From positions 1,302,001 to 1,366,000 of the forward strand of contig CM074804.1 of assembly GCA_037447605.1 (NCBI GenBank): a stretch of 64,000 nucleotides of DNA. The letters run 5' to 3'. Below the pieces are notes generated by a model. That model was not told the origin of the DNA. It searched no databases and saw nothing but the letters and a program-made list of their open reading frames with translations. Each line of letters starts with the position of its first letter. Positions within the stretch are counted from its first letter, which is position 1. Source of the DNA: Zygnema circumcarinatum SAG 698-1b (lineage: Eukaryota; Plantae; Zygnematophyceae). Shown piece after piece: positions 1 through 12,573 of the stretch. The translations under genes and the position numbers were made by a program.

Positions 1-129
1 CGGCGTTCTCTGATTACGAGTCTGTTTGTAGGGTTGAGTAGCAGCCCCTGCGAGTCTGACTCCGTAAGATCTGTGTGAAAAATCGAAAAGCACTGCAAAA
101 TGACATTGTGAGAGAGCTTTGTGAGAACT

Positions 130-1490
<1,361 letters not shown>

Positions 1491-2127
1491 CGAGCCCGTC
1501 TGTGATTTTCTTCATTTCAAGGAAATAGTAGATCATTTGCCAAGCCTGGCTTGAGCACTTTCAGTGTTTATTCTTCGTAGAAAGAAAAGTACGATAACGA
1601 CCTTTTCCTCCAGAAAATCTTGAAAGCTCTGAAATTATTTAAATGCATTGAAATCTTAAAGTGCCTAAAAACCGTCAGATGCCACTCACACAATATGTTT
1701 TTGCGCGCAGACGTCTGCTACAACAATGTGAATCGATCTCTGGTTTTTCGATCTCCAACAATTAGCAGGAGTGAGGATCTTGTTTATCACGATTTTCTCT
1801 CTCCCGATCTCTCTCTCTTCCCTCTCTACTCTTTTCACGAGCTCTGCAAGTCCAGTAACTCTTAAAAGATGAAGTCGTTCTATCCAAGCTGTGGCTGAAA
1901 ACTACATTCCACAGCAGGAGGTGGAAACAGGTCGCCTTCAACTTGAGTTTGTTTTGAAGTTCAGACTCTTATCAAACCAATTCGTATCTATCTTCTCTTT
2001 CATCGCATGGCTTTGTGAGCACTGCTGTGACTTGAAGAACTCAAGCAATTGACTTTCTTTGCCTTTTTCTTCGTCTTGTTATTAGTAACCCTAGAAATTA
2101 AACAAATGCAAGTACCCAGAAACCTAA

Positions 2128-2438
2128 AAATGCCTCTCCTCCCCTCTCTCTCCCTCTCCCTCTCTGTGTGAAGCCATCCTCCCTTCAATACCCTGTTCGG
2201 ATGAAGCCCGCAACAAGCAGGCGAAAGCCTTCAAGGAGTTTCGCCGCATTTACTGGGCCAAGCGGTGGGTTGTGGGCCGGCTCGGATGCGGCCATTTGGA
2301 GGGCCTCGACCAGTTTTTAGTCTCCATGTGGAACCCTTCCCGCCAGCTGGTCACGCTGGTCAACATTGGAGCCAACAAAGGTTAAAAAAAAAAAAGGGGA
2401 GGGGAGGGGAGAGGGGGGGGGGGGGGGGNNNNNNNNNN

Positions 2439-2472
<34 letters not shown>

Positions 2473-5400
2473 GTAGCGCATGTCACCTATGTGTTGCATT
2501 GTCGTGCAGAGCTCGTGTTGTTGTGAAGGGGGGAATGGGAGAGGACAAGAGGAAGAGAGATAGAGTGGGGGGGAGAGAGTGAGAGTATTAGATTGATAGA
2601 GCGAGGGAGCGAGGGAGGGAGGGAGGGAGAGAGAGAGGGGGAGGGGGAAGGGGGGCGCTCGTCCCATGTTTGTTGTGCATTGTTTTGGGGAGCCAATGCT
2701 GCTGAATGTCTGCCAATGCGCAGGATACAACCTGGTGGAGTGGATCGAACGGTGGAGATTGGTCCGATCCAAGAGCCCCCGCGGCTGGGGGGACCACCTC
2801 TACCAAACGTACGAGGAGCAAACGGGGCAGAACGGAAGCAAACTTTGCGGGTCATGTAGGGACTGCGAAGCAGAGCCCCATAATTTTACAGGTAAATTTG
2901 CAGTGAATATTGCAGGCGTAAAAATAAATCAAATGTAAATTTGAGGGTATAACTTCTTTACTCTGCTGTGGGGGGCTTGGAGAAATCAACCTATAAGGAT
3001 ATTAAGAAGGAAGACTGGGCGAAAGTTCTCTTTTTTTTCTTACGTTTTGGGCCACGTGTTACGTTCTGGTTGGTTTTGAAAAGGGCACAATCTGGTTGAA
3101 AACAACTTGTGTGGGTTTTTAGAAGTTTTGAGGGACAGAGGGATGCGACGAGGGGTCCATATTTTTGGATTGGAGCCAAGTATCACTAATTACAAGGTCC
3201 TTCTAGAATTGAAGGTGCATTTTTTTCTCTCCACTTTTGGGGTGTTTTTGGAATAAAACTTTTTGGAATAAAACCTGATATTTCTATGTGGCTAGGCATT
3301 GGAAGCCGCTAAGCGGAAGTCGCAAAATCTGTATCCCATTTTTCTCAAGCAGTGTTAGGAACTGGAGGACTGAGCTGAACCAATCACCGGCTTACCTGTG
3401 CTATTAGGGTTTTCTGCTTTCATGGCTTGTATCGCATTAAACGTGAACCCTAAAATCCTCTTTTGTGACCTTTTCATTTGTTTATTTCGTTTTTGCGTCG
3501 TTTTTCATTATTTTCCCTTTTTTTTCCTCTTGTGAAAAGCTGAAGGGCATTGGGTGGGTAAAGAGAGGGTTCAGGCGTGGTCCGGATATGGGAGGATGAC
3601 TTTATTGAATGCTGCAGCCGATAATGTCAGCGGAATTGCGGATTTTCCCATCACAACGTACGGAATCACAAAATCACCATATCTGGTACTCTTTCTTTTT
3701 TTGGGCAAAAAAAGCTTTTGTAATTCTTTCGCAAAAGAAATGGCTTACTGCATATTTTCTTAAAGATTGATTCGTTATTCTTTTGCCTATCTTCTAGTCG
3801 CTTTTCCCACGGAGGATGCATGCAAACCCTTGTATACCCATTTTTTTGTCAATGAATACTTCAGCAGATATTGGCAGTTTGAGTGTTTCCACATTGTGTT
3901 TGGGCAGTTTTTTGGCAAAAAAACTGCAGACTTCACATGGGAAATTCAAATTCTCTGATGCACTGCTTTGCTAAGGCCTTCTGTAAGACCTGATTTTGAT
4001 ATCAGGGGAGGGGGAGGACACATGCATCCGGCACTTTTTTGTGGAAAAAATAGGACATTGCAAGTTTTTTATGCGGATTTAACCGTTTTCTTGAGGACAA
4101 TTGGGTTTCCAGACTTGGGTTTACAAAGGGCCATTTGGGGGATGAAGCCGGGCCGACTGCAAGTGTTCGCATCTTTACAGTCGAGGAGCTCATGGAGGAG
4201 CACAGAATTGAGCACATCAACTACCTCAAGATTGACACAGAAGGGTAAGTGTGGGGGGTGGCGAGGGAGGGAGGAGAGGGACGTCATAACTTCATGATTC
4301 AAGTACCTAAAAAGAACAAGGAAAGGAATGGAGTGTGGGTGTTCAATGAAGTTTTTTCAGGAGTTGTGTGTCCTGTGACAATTCTTCTCATGGAAATTCG
4401 AAACCCGCGAATCTCAAATTTTCAATGCTCAAGAGCCCACAAAACCCGAAAACCCAAAACTCCAAAAACTTATCAAGCCTAACAAACCCCAAACTCTCAA
4501 AACCCAAAAACTTAATAAACTCAAAACGCCCAACAACCTCAAATGCCCCATACCTGAAAAAAGCCAACAAACTCACACAACCCACAAAGACCAACAAACG
4601 CAAAAGCCCCAAAAACTGAAAAAAAACGAAGTCGCACGAAAAGCCCCACAAACCTAAATCCCGAAAACTGAAAGTCAGAAGCTTTCTCGCAGGCACGACC
4701 CCCACGTTCTGGCGAGCTCCGAACAGGCTCTGAAAGCTCATCGCATCGAACTGCTCGAGTTCGAATATCACGAAATGGGGCACTGGGCCAAGACCCGCCT
4801 CCAAACCACAGTGGAGTGGCTCGATTCGCTCGGCTACGACTGTTTCCTGGAGCTGTGGCAAAGTCAGCCTCACCCCTCTCTCTCTCCCCTTCGCTTTCTC
4901 TCTCTCTCTCTCTCTGCTCTCTCTTTCTCATGCCCCCCTCCCCTCCCCCTCCTGTTTTACTCTTGCTTGCTCTTGCTTGCTCTGCCATCAGCTTCCGTTC
5001 CTTTTCATCGTTTGTCTCTGCCAATCATCATCCCTCTGCTTACCACTGTGTTCTCCCCTGTTTACCTCTCTCGTCGTCATTCATTTTCTTTCCCGCGTCG
5101 ACCTCTCTCTCGCCATTTTCATCCCTCCTCTTACCTCCATTCTCCTGTACTGAGAAACCTAGCATCCTTTGCCATGTTTGTATATTCTGAGCACACTGTT
5201 ATTGACAAAACAAGTGAGTATCGATACTTCTCAGAACCCACAGACATATAATCTCCCTCTCTCAATACTCACATGGAAGATGTATGTGCCCCACCTGACA
5301 TGCTGGTTTCGTGGTGTTTTCTGTATCACAGCAAACGAAACAAGGAACACCGTAATGTGCCTCACGGGCTGTTGGGACGACGTTTTTGAATTTCACGGAT

Positions 5401-5477
5401 GGGCCAATGTTGTGTGCTCGAGCAGACGGAGTTTTAAGCTCACAAAGTATCTGCGCAAAGCTTGTGCTTGGCGGTGA
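2128..5477 (+). CDS. FkbM-family (Methyltransf_21-like) SAM-dependent methyltransferase, multi-exon, 5' end unresolved
   Basis: Hand-spliced exons carry ordered FkbM motifs: TLVNIGANK-G (exon ends 2380, GT at 2381), exon 2724-2891, VHIFGLEPSITNY (~3150-3205), TLLNAAADNVSGIADFP (~3600-3650), INYLKIDTEG (ends 4244, GTAAGT), LEFEYHEMGHW...LDSLGYDCFL (~4750-4850), LTGCWDDVFEFHGWANVVC to stop at 5477. The reading frame of the first exon is open only from 2128. Confidence 0.8.
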
Positions 5478-6419
5478 ACTCTGAGAAAAAGAGGGCAGGA
5501 TCTGTGCTGCTGGGGTCACTCTCTTCCTCCCCCCCTCCTCTCTCTCTTTTCTATTCCAGTTATTGTCGACACTCTTCACTTTCTTTTGTCCCCTACACCC
5601 AACCCCCCTCGTTCGCTGTCCCATTCGAGTTCTTATTGATTCTCTACACTTCTCTCCCCCCCTCCCTCCCTCCCTTTCCCACTCTCTCCTGTGTCCCTTT
5701 CAAGTTCTTGTCCACTTGCAATTTGGTGGGGCCAAGCCCGAATTCACTCTCAGCTCCTGCTGCGGAAAATTTAGGCAAACAAAATGTTCGTTAGGTGCAT
5801 GTCAAAGCACGAGCTATATTTCAATTTTATTATTGAATTACATTGAACACATCAGAGTAGAAGTAACTCAAGTTGCAAAACAAAACAAGTTGCAAGACTC
5901 GTATTCAGCATAGGGTGCAGTGACTCAGGCAAGGTTGAATTGTGAACCGGCAGTTTGTACCTTCTTATCTCCTTTGTTAATCAAGTTCGATGGGTTTTGA
6001 ACTTAACTACGGGGGTGTGATTATTATTGGCTTTGGCTGCCGATTGTTCCAAGAGAGTACCATGTTCCGCTGTTGCCTCCCTCCCTCCCTCCGCGTGTGA
6101 AAGAACATGCAGATCTATAGCGGTACGTGACACGCAGAGCACAAACGGAGGAAGGGAGGCCTGTGCAGTGATCGGAGTCGGCGTGGCTCTGCTCCATGTC
6201 AAGACGGCATGCATGCGCGCATGACCTGCATGGGATGGCCGAGTATGGGGGCCTTGCATGGGCATGCATGCATGTGCCATGTCAGCTGTGGGATGATGCC
6301 ATGACTTGTCTGAGCTTCTTTTCACATGGCATCAAATCAGTGCCCACGATGACATCAGGTGCTCATCATGATGATGATGATGAGGCCGTACTGTTCAGCG
6401 TGCACTCAAGCGCGATCAA

Positions 6420-7261
6420 CAGGGTTCGTCAAATAGGGGATTTCGGCTTAAGATAGGGGACTGTCCCCTAAATTGGTTTTGTAAAAACACGTAAATATGG
6501 ACTGTACGAACGAAACCGTACACGCACGGACGAGACAGGAATACAGGAAGACAGGAATTGTTTGGGAGAAAGACGAGTTTCGAAAGAGGTTGACAGACTT
6601 TTCATTGGAAGGAATTCTTCACTGCAAACAGTTTGATAGTTTGACCGCTCTTCGAGGGTCTCTTTGAGTAGTTTGCATCACTTCTATAGCTGTCTTGTTC
6701 AGCCTAAAACTCCTAAGGGAGTGGGACCATTTTTCATTTCATTTCTAATTTTAGTTCCTATTTCAGTTTTTCTTTTGTGACTACACCTAGAATTTCAGAG
6801 GTTATGATTTGGAATAGAGTTTTTGTGAGGAAATTTCAAGACTATGATGGATTCTAAAGTGGTACTTGGAGTAATTAATGATGGATGGAAAAGGAAATAG
6901 AGAGCTTAGGATTGGATCTACAAAGTTTTCGAGCAATTGGGTTTTTGAATAAGCAACTATATGTTGTGATTGCCAAATGCACAGTTGTTCTAATTGATTG
7001 GTAAAATTTACCAATCTATAAGAGTCGAAGAGGTTGCACCAGTTTCTAAAGCCGTGTTGTAATACCAACAAGAAAAGTTCATATACATCATTGCTATCGT
7101 GGTTGCAAATGCAATTCATTTCCTTTTTGTTTTTAACCAAAAAAATGCTTTTTTGGGGCTTGTGTGGTATTTAAGTTGAAATCACGTAAACTAATCTCAA
7201 AATCTTACATAAATAAGCTATTTACGATATTTAGGGGATCTCCCCTATTTGACGAACCCTG
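6420..7261. mobile_element. Non-autonomous hAT-superfamily DNA transposon, 842 bp
   Basis: Perfect 21-bp TIRs CAGGGTTCGTCAAATAGGGGA (6420-6440) and its reverse complement (7241-7261). Identical 8-bp flanks GCGATCAA at 6412-6419 and 7262-7269. An 8-bp TSD and a CAGGG terminus are hAT hallmarks. Confidence 0.88.
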
Positions 7262-7494
7262 GCGATCAATCTTCGGTTTAGCTTTTAGTTAAGTTAAAAA
7301 GTCATTGGCTAGTTAGTCGATGCATTCAGACAGAAATGCTGACTGAAATTTCTGACTGAAACAGGATATCTCCCTTTAGTTATAAGTCACACACCGTAGT
7401 CAGTCGACAAAAGTGGCTTCAAAAATGAATTCCCTTTTACAGTACAGTAGTTCACGCTTCCTCCGGCCCCTCTCCCACGCCCACATCAGCCAAT

Positions 7495-7653
7495 AGGGGG
7501 TGTCAGACTTAACAAAATCTTACGAAAAGCGTTACGAAAAAAAAGGTTACGAAAGTACTCCGCCGCACGAGGATCGTGATTATACTGGAGTACTCGTTCT
7601 GATGTCAAACTTACGAACACGCGTACTGAAATTTTTTAAGTCTGACACCCCCT
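7495..7653. mobile_element. MITE family A, copy 1, 159 bp
   Basis: TIRs AGGGGGTGTCAGACTTAA / TTAAGTCTGACACCCCCT, AAT on both flanks (7492-7494, 7654-7656), internal TTACGAA repeats. A near-identical inverted copy lies at 49755-49913. Confidence 0.92.
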
Positions 7654-8438
7654 AATGACGCCATTACCTTTCATGTGGGCCCCACCGTGAGTGGGACAGC
7701 CTGCCACTGCCACGTCATCCATCCGTACCGTACTCAAAAGCGCGACCTTTCGCCCGGTTCCGGCGCAGTCCAGCCAATCAGAAACGGAGCTCGCAAGTGC
7801 AAGCCAGCCGCGACAGCGCTTTTTGCCGCGTGTCCACCGTCGATCTCGAAGTCACACGTGGCACGGGGACCGTCGATTGTCGCCAGCTGGCAGAACGCCA
7901 GTGGCAGTCCAGATGGTTCGCGACAAAAATGTACAGATCAGCCGAAGCGACAGAAGTGACTTTTTTGAGCGCCTGCGTGGAAGCCGCAGAGGGCGGTCAC
8001 AAACGTCCCCACACGTGTAATGGAGGATGTGGATTGGTTCTGCGACCCGTCAGGGGCACGCGATTGGTCCACGTCAGCTCATGGCGATATTTGCGCGCGG
8101 GCGGTTGGCGGCGGCAGGTCGCTTCGCGCTAGAAACTACCGGACCAGATATCGCCTCCCCGCGGTGCGGCCCGCCGGGGGACGTTCAGGGATGCCACGTG
8201 GGCAAATCGGAGCTTGCCACGTCGGATTCGCCACCGCATAAGGACATCTTTCCAGTTCAGCGGACCACACGCGTAATTGGGAATTTCCGCGGACCGTCCG
8301 GCGGTCAGGACAAAGAAAAGTTGGATTTTACTGTACCTGGAAGGTACGAGTGGAGACGGAACCTACTGGGGGAGGTCGTATCTCCGTCCGCGTCGCCCGA
8401 CACGCCACGTATGTGAAATTTCTTTTTGACAGCTCGGC

Positions 8439-8930
8439 TTCCTGCCCATTGCAGCCTTCGGGCAGGAACAAAATAGTTTGGACCAATCACGGGCTGCCAA
8501 CGCCTGCGAGCCGCCGCGTCCGCTTCCATCCGTACAGCTGGCAGTGACCACATTCAAACCCCGTGAAAGATTCCTTCTCAGATGTGCCTCCCCCGGGTAT
8601 GACCTCCTTTTAGTGGGGCCTCCCCCGGGTGCGCCTTCCCCCTGGTCCGACGGGACATTATCGCGAGCCGCCCGGCCGGCCAGTCGCGCTCTGACGCGCG
8701 GGCGGACCGCCCGAGACTGGAAAGGGTACTCCGCTAAAGTCAATCGGATTCAAATTCCACTTTGCGGAGTACGAGTTCAGGTAGTCTCGCCCGCCGCGAG
8801 AGGCGCCTTCCGGGCGGGCGTGTCGCCGCTCGAACCGTCCCCGGAAAGCGCCGGCCGGCACGTTTTGGACCGCCGGCCGGCAGCGCGCCTCGGCCAGGCC
8901 GGCCTTAAAACGACTCCTTGAAAAGGAGCC
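8439..8930. ncRNA. Candidate structured RNA or GC-rich multi-hairpin element, family unknown
   Basis: Stems by eye: 8439-8447/8460-8468, 8712-8718/8783-8789 enclosing 8726-8740/8759-8772 (14 bp plus one bulge), 8851-8859/8872-8880, 8914-8919/8923-8928. No diagnostic snRNA, SRP, MRP or telomerase motif recognised. Confidence 0.25.
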
Positions 8931-9091
8931 TTATAGCGAGAGAGAGGTAGGTTAGAGGGAGAGGGAGAGGGAGGCAGATAGAGGGAGTGAGATAGAGGGA
9001 GGGAAACGGAGAGGGAGAGGGAGATCGAGGGAGGGAGAGGCAGAGAGAGAGGGAGGAGCGAGTGGGAGAGAAGGGAAGGAGAGGGGGTGAG

Positions 9092-10153
9092 ATGGAGCAC
9101 ACTTGTGAGAAGAGAGGGAGAGAGGTGGTGCTGTGGGGAGGCAGAGTGGAGGCGGGTGAGGGAGAGGGCGACGACGGAGGCGTGCGGAAGAAAATAAGGG
9201 CGGCGGAGGCGGAGCTGCTCGAGGAGGGGGCCGAGAGGGAGAGCGTGGACGGGGCCGCGCTGGAGTGGGTCATGGACTACCTTGAGAGCGACCTGCAGGC
9301 GGAGCTGGAGGAGGAGGGAGAGGGAGAGGGAGAGGAGTTTGGTGCGGATTTTGAGGAGCTTGAGCTGCAAACCATTGGATGGGGAGAGGGAGAGCTGCTG
9401 CTTGACGACAGTGAGAGTGATGTGCCTGAGGAGGGGGAAGGAGAGGCCGATGGCGAGGGAGAGGGCGAGGCGGAGGGGGTGGAAGAAGGAGAAGGGGCGG
9501 CTGAGGGAGAGGGAGTAGAAGAGGGAGACGGAGAGGCGGAGGGAGAGAGAGTGGGAACTGCGGGAGAGGAAGAGGGGGACGAGTGCTGCTCGCACGGATG
9601 TGGAGCGAGGCTGTGTGCGGGCGAGGAGGTAGAGAGAGGGAGCGAGAGAGAGGGAGAGTGCGGGAGGAAAGGCCTGGTGAAGCCATCGGAAATCTACTTC
9701 GGATACCTCCTAGAAGCTTCTGACGACCAGCTCGGCATCCCCCCCAGCCCGAGCGGGCTCTCCGACACATCCTCCCTCCTACAAACCCATCGAGAGGGAG
9801 GCAGGGACATGGCGGTCTCCTCTCTCTCACCTCCCTCTCCTTCCCCTGTTAGCGCTCCCATTCAGTCGGTGTTGTGGGACGAGCAGGAGGGCTCCACGGT
9901 GTCGGAAGGAGTGTATGAGGTGGAGGAGGAGGAAAGCTGCGGAGGGAGGCACCTGCAGGAGGCTTTCATGGAGCGCTGCAGAGCGAGCGGGAGGTGGGAA
10001 AGCTGCGCAGAAGGAGAGTCGGGCGAGGACTTAGGGTTTGTGCTGGACGCGGCGTCGTGCATGGATGTGGATCTTCTGGAACTTAACTTTGGGTCCGTGC
10101 TGGATTCGGAGGCGGAGGGGGCGCTGCGGCCTTTGGTTACGCATGCGGCTTGA
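9092..10153 (+). CDS. Intronless acidic protein of the plant uncharacterised LLEASDDELG[IL]P-motif family, 353 aa
   Basis: Open frame within ORF 9062-10153, first ATG at 9092 (MEHTCEKRGRE). Contains GYLLEASDDQLGIPPSP, recalled as the conserved motif of a land-plant family of unknown function. TATA-like TTATAG at 8931 and a GA-rich leader precede it. Confidence 0.72.
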   Translation: MEHTCEKRGREVVLWGGRVEAGEGEGDDGGVRKKIRAAEAELLEEGAERESVDGAALEWVMDYLESDLQAELEEEGEGEGEEFGADFEELELQTIGWGEGELLLDDSESDVPEEGEGEADGEGEGEAEGVEEGEGAAEGEGVEEGDGEAEGERVGTAGEEEGDECCSHGCGARLCAGEEVERGSEREGECGRKGLVKPSEIYFGYLLEASDDQLGIPPSPSGLSDTSSLLQTHREGGRDMAVSSLSPPSPSPVSAPIQSVLWDEQEGSTVSEGVYEVEEEESCGGRHLQEAFMERCRASGRWESCAEGESGEDLGFVLDAASCMDVDLLELNFGSVLDSEAEGALRPLVTHAA

Positions 10154-12573
10154 AGGGGAGGGGGAGAGGAGGGGAGCGTGGCTCGCGCTGCTTGTAGGGT
10201 TAGGGTTCCTCTTGCTTTCTCAGAAGGGGACTGCTGTGTATTTGATGAGTTACAAAAATTGTATGGAAGTGTACAGATTTGAACTGGATATGGAGAAAGA
10301 GAGGAAACAAGATCAGAGTCAATGATTCAATTGTAGGAAATGCTAGCGCAAAATTTGAAAAGTGAAGAGGCAGGTCTCGAAAAGATTGGATCAATTTTTT
10401 AGGGTTAGTATTTGCATAGGCCCGGAGCAGCAGCAGCAGCAGCAGTTATGTACAGGCGTGCAGATGTGGAAGGTTCTTTTATTTGATGTGATGAAGTACT
10501 TGGTAGATGGAACAAAGAAGAAGACAAAAGCTGTGCAGCTTCGCTAATGAAAATTAGGTAGCCCCCATTGGTTGATTCGTTCTAAGCCGCCTCTCTGTTG
10601 TGTGATATGGATGCATGAATTGTCGATGCTCCTGATGGATTGTAGCAGGGAAAACTTCTATGCGTGTAGACTTTGCAAAGTGCTGCAGTGCACATATGGT
10701 CTGCTTTTGTTGTCCAAGATGGATTAGTCGGTCTACAGAATACGTGTCGTGCTGAGCCGGGTAGTCGTAACGTCGCGAGTGTTCCGCAATGCCACGTTGA
10801 AGGTGAGACGGGCCATGGAAGCTACTTTTCTGAGTTGGCCTCTCTCGCTCATTCTTCCTCTCTATTTCCCTCCCCTTCCCCCTCGCTCCTACCCACCTAC
10901 CTCCACCCCTCCGAAACTGCCACTCGCTCTATCGCCTCTCACGGCCTCTCGCCTTTCACTTCTCTGTCGCGAGTATGCTTGTGGGAGTCAGTTACGGAAG
11001 GCTAAAAAAGTATAGAGAACTGTCTCTTCAAAATGCTGGACTCTCTCCCACTCCCTCTCCCTCTTCTACTCACTTTAGCTCTCTCATAGCAACCTCCTCT
11101 CCTCTCACGCGGAAAAGATTCCGCGTGAGAGGGGACATTTGCGCGAAAAAGTGAAAGGGGGAGAGTGAAAGAGTAAGACGTAGTGAGAAGGAGAGAGATG
11201 TCGAGGTATGTCTTTTTCTTCCTCATTCATCCGACAGCCTTCTCTCTCTCCCGTGACTGGCAGCACGAGAGAGGGAGAGAAAAGCTGCCGCGCGAGGAGA
11301 GAGAAAGGCAGCCTGCCGTGAGCGAAAACTACATGAAAACGAGGGGGGGGGGGAGAGAAAATAAGACAGTGTGAGAGAGTGGCAACCTTACCACTCTTTT
11401 CCCCCTTCAGTTGGAAGCTTTCTCGCCCTCTCCCTTCTTCTCCCTCTCTCCCTATGCCTCTCCCTCTCCCTCTCCCTCTCGCTCTCTCTCCCTCGGCCTC
11501 TCCCTCACTGCCACGGAGAGATGGCGAGAAAACGGGACAGGACGAAACATTCTTACATTGACTACACTTTGCTTCGCTCGCCTATCTGTTCCTAAGGGTT
11601 CGTGCAGCCACCGGCCGCCCCACCAGCCTCCAACGCTCGCTGCTTCCTGCGCGAAGCGCCGCCATGGCTCAAGAAGGCGGCCGGCCGCCCGCCCGCGCGC
11701 CGTCCTCCTCGTCTCAGCCAATCGTCGCAGGTCCGCCAGCCAATGGCGTGCACAGCTCGTGAGGAGGATCAGAAAAACGAGCATGATGGGACTAGATGGG
11801 TACAGCATACTCAAGTAGTGAGTGCTGCTTTTGAAGAGAGGGAATTGGGCTTGACCTCACGATGGCGATGCCATCAAAGGGACGGGGACAAAACCAACAT
11901 GGGAAACCACGAGGAACCGGTCACAAAGGACCTAGGGAGAAAAGAAACAAACCAATGAGCTGAAGTCTGTTCCTAGACACTACTACAGATTTCCGATTAA
12001 GAACCAATTCTAAATCAGGAATTCGGCTATGGCAAAGCAAAATTTAACTTTACTGCAACACGCAAGAAAACCAACACAAATGTGAGTTCTGAAAAAAAAT
12101 AACATATATTTGCGTGTTATGTAAATTTACATGGTTCAACACTGTACATCAGGATTCAATGTCTCAAGAAAATAGGGACTCTGTAGAAGATCGTTTCCTA
12201 CTTCACCCCCTCCCTCTCTTCTCTCCCACCTTCTCTTTCACCTCTCTCATCTCTCCCTCTCACCCTCTCCTCTCTCGCCTCTCCCTCTATCCTCACCTCT
12301 CCCTCACCTTGTCCCTCTCCTTTCTCACCTCTCATCTCAACTCCCTCATGTTTCCTATCCCTCCTCACACCCCTCTTATCCCCCCTTTCCTCTCTCCGCC
12401 TCACCCTCTCCCCTCTCTCCTCTCTCCTCCCTCCATACTTCTCTCTACCTCTCCTCTTCTCTCACCTTTCTCCTGTCCTAACTTCTCACCCCTCCTCCCC
12501 TCTATTCTAGCTCACGTCTCACCCCTTTCCCCTCTCCTCACACACCTCTCTCCTCCCTCCCCTCTCCCTCAGT

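Noticed and set aside
2401-2470. Poly-G runs around N gaps as G-quadruplex elements
   Set aside because: Their length is unreliable because they flank scaffold gaps and may be sequencing artefacts.
8550-8930. Assignment as telomerase RNA, RNase MRP/P, SRP or U3
   Set aside because: There is no CTAAACCCT template, no GAAAGUCCCC/GGGGCU P4 pair, no SRP helix-8 motif, no C/D boxes and no USE element. It is kept only as an unclassified candidate.
8777-9830. Minus-strand ORFs of 272 and 186 aa
   Set aside because: They are antisense shadows of the GA-rich acidic CDS, with low-complexity L/S/P composition.
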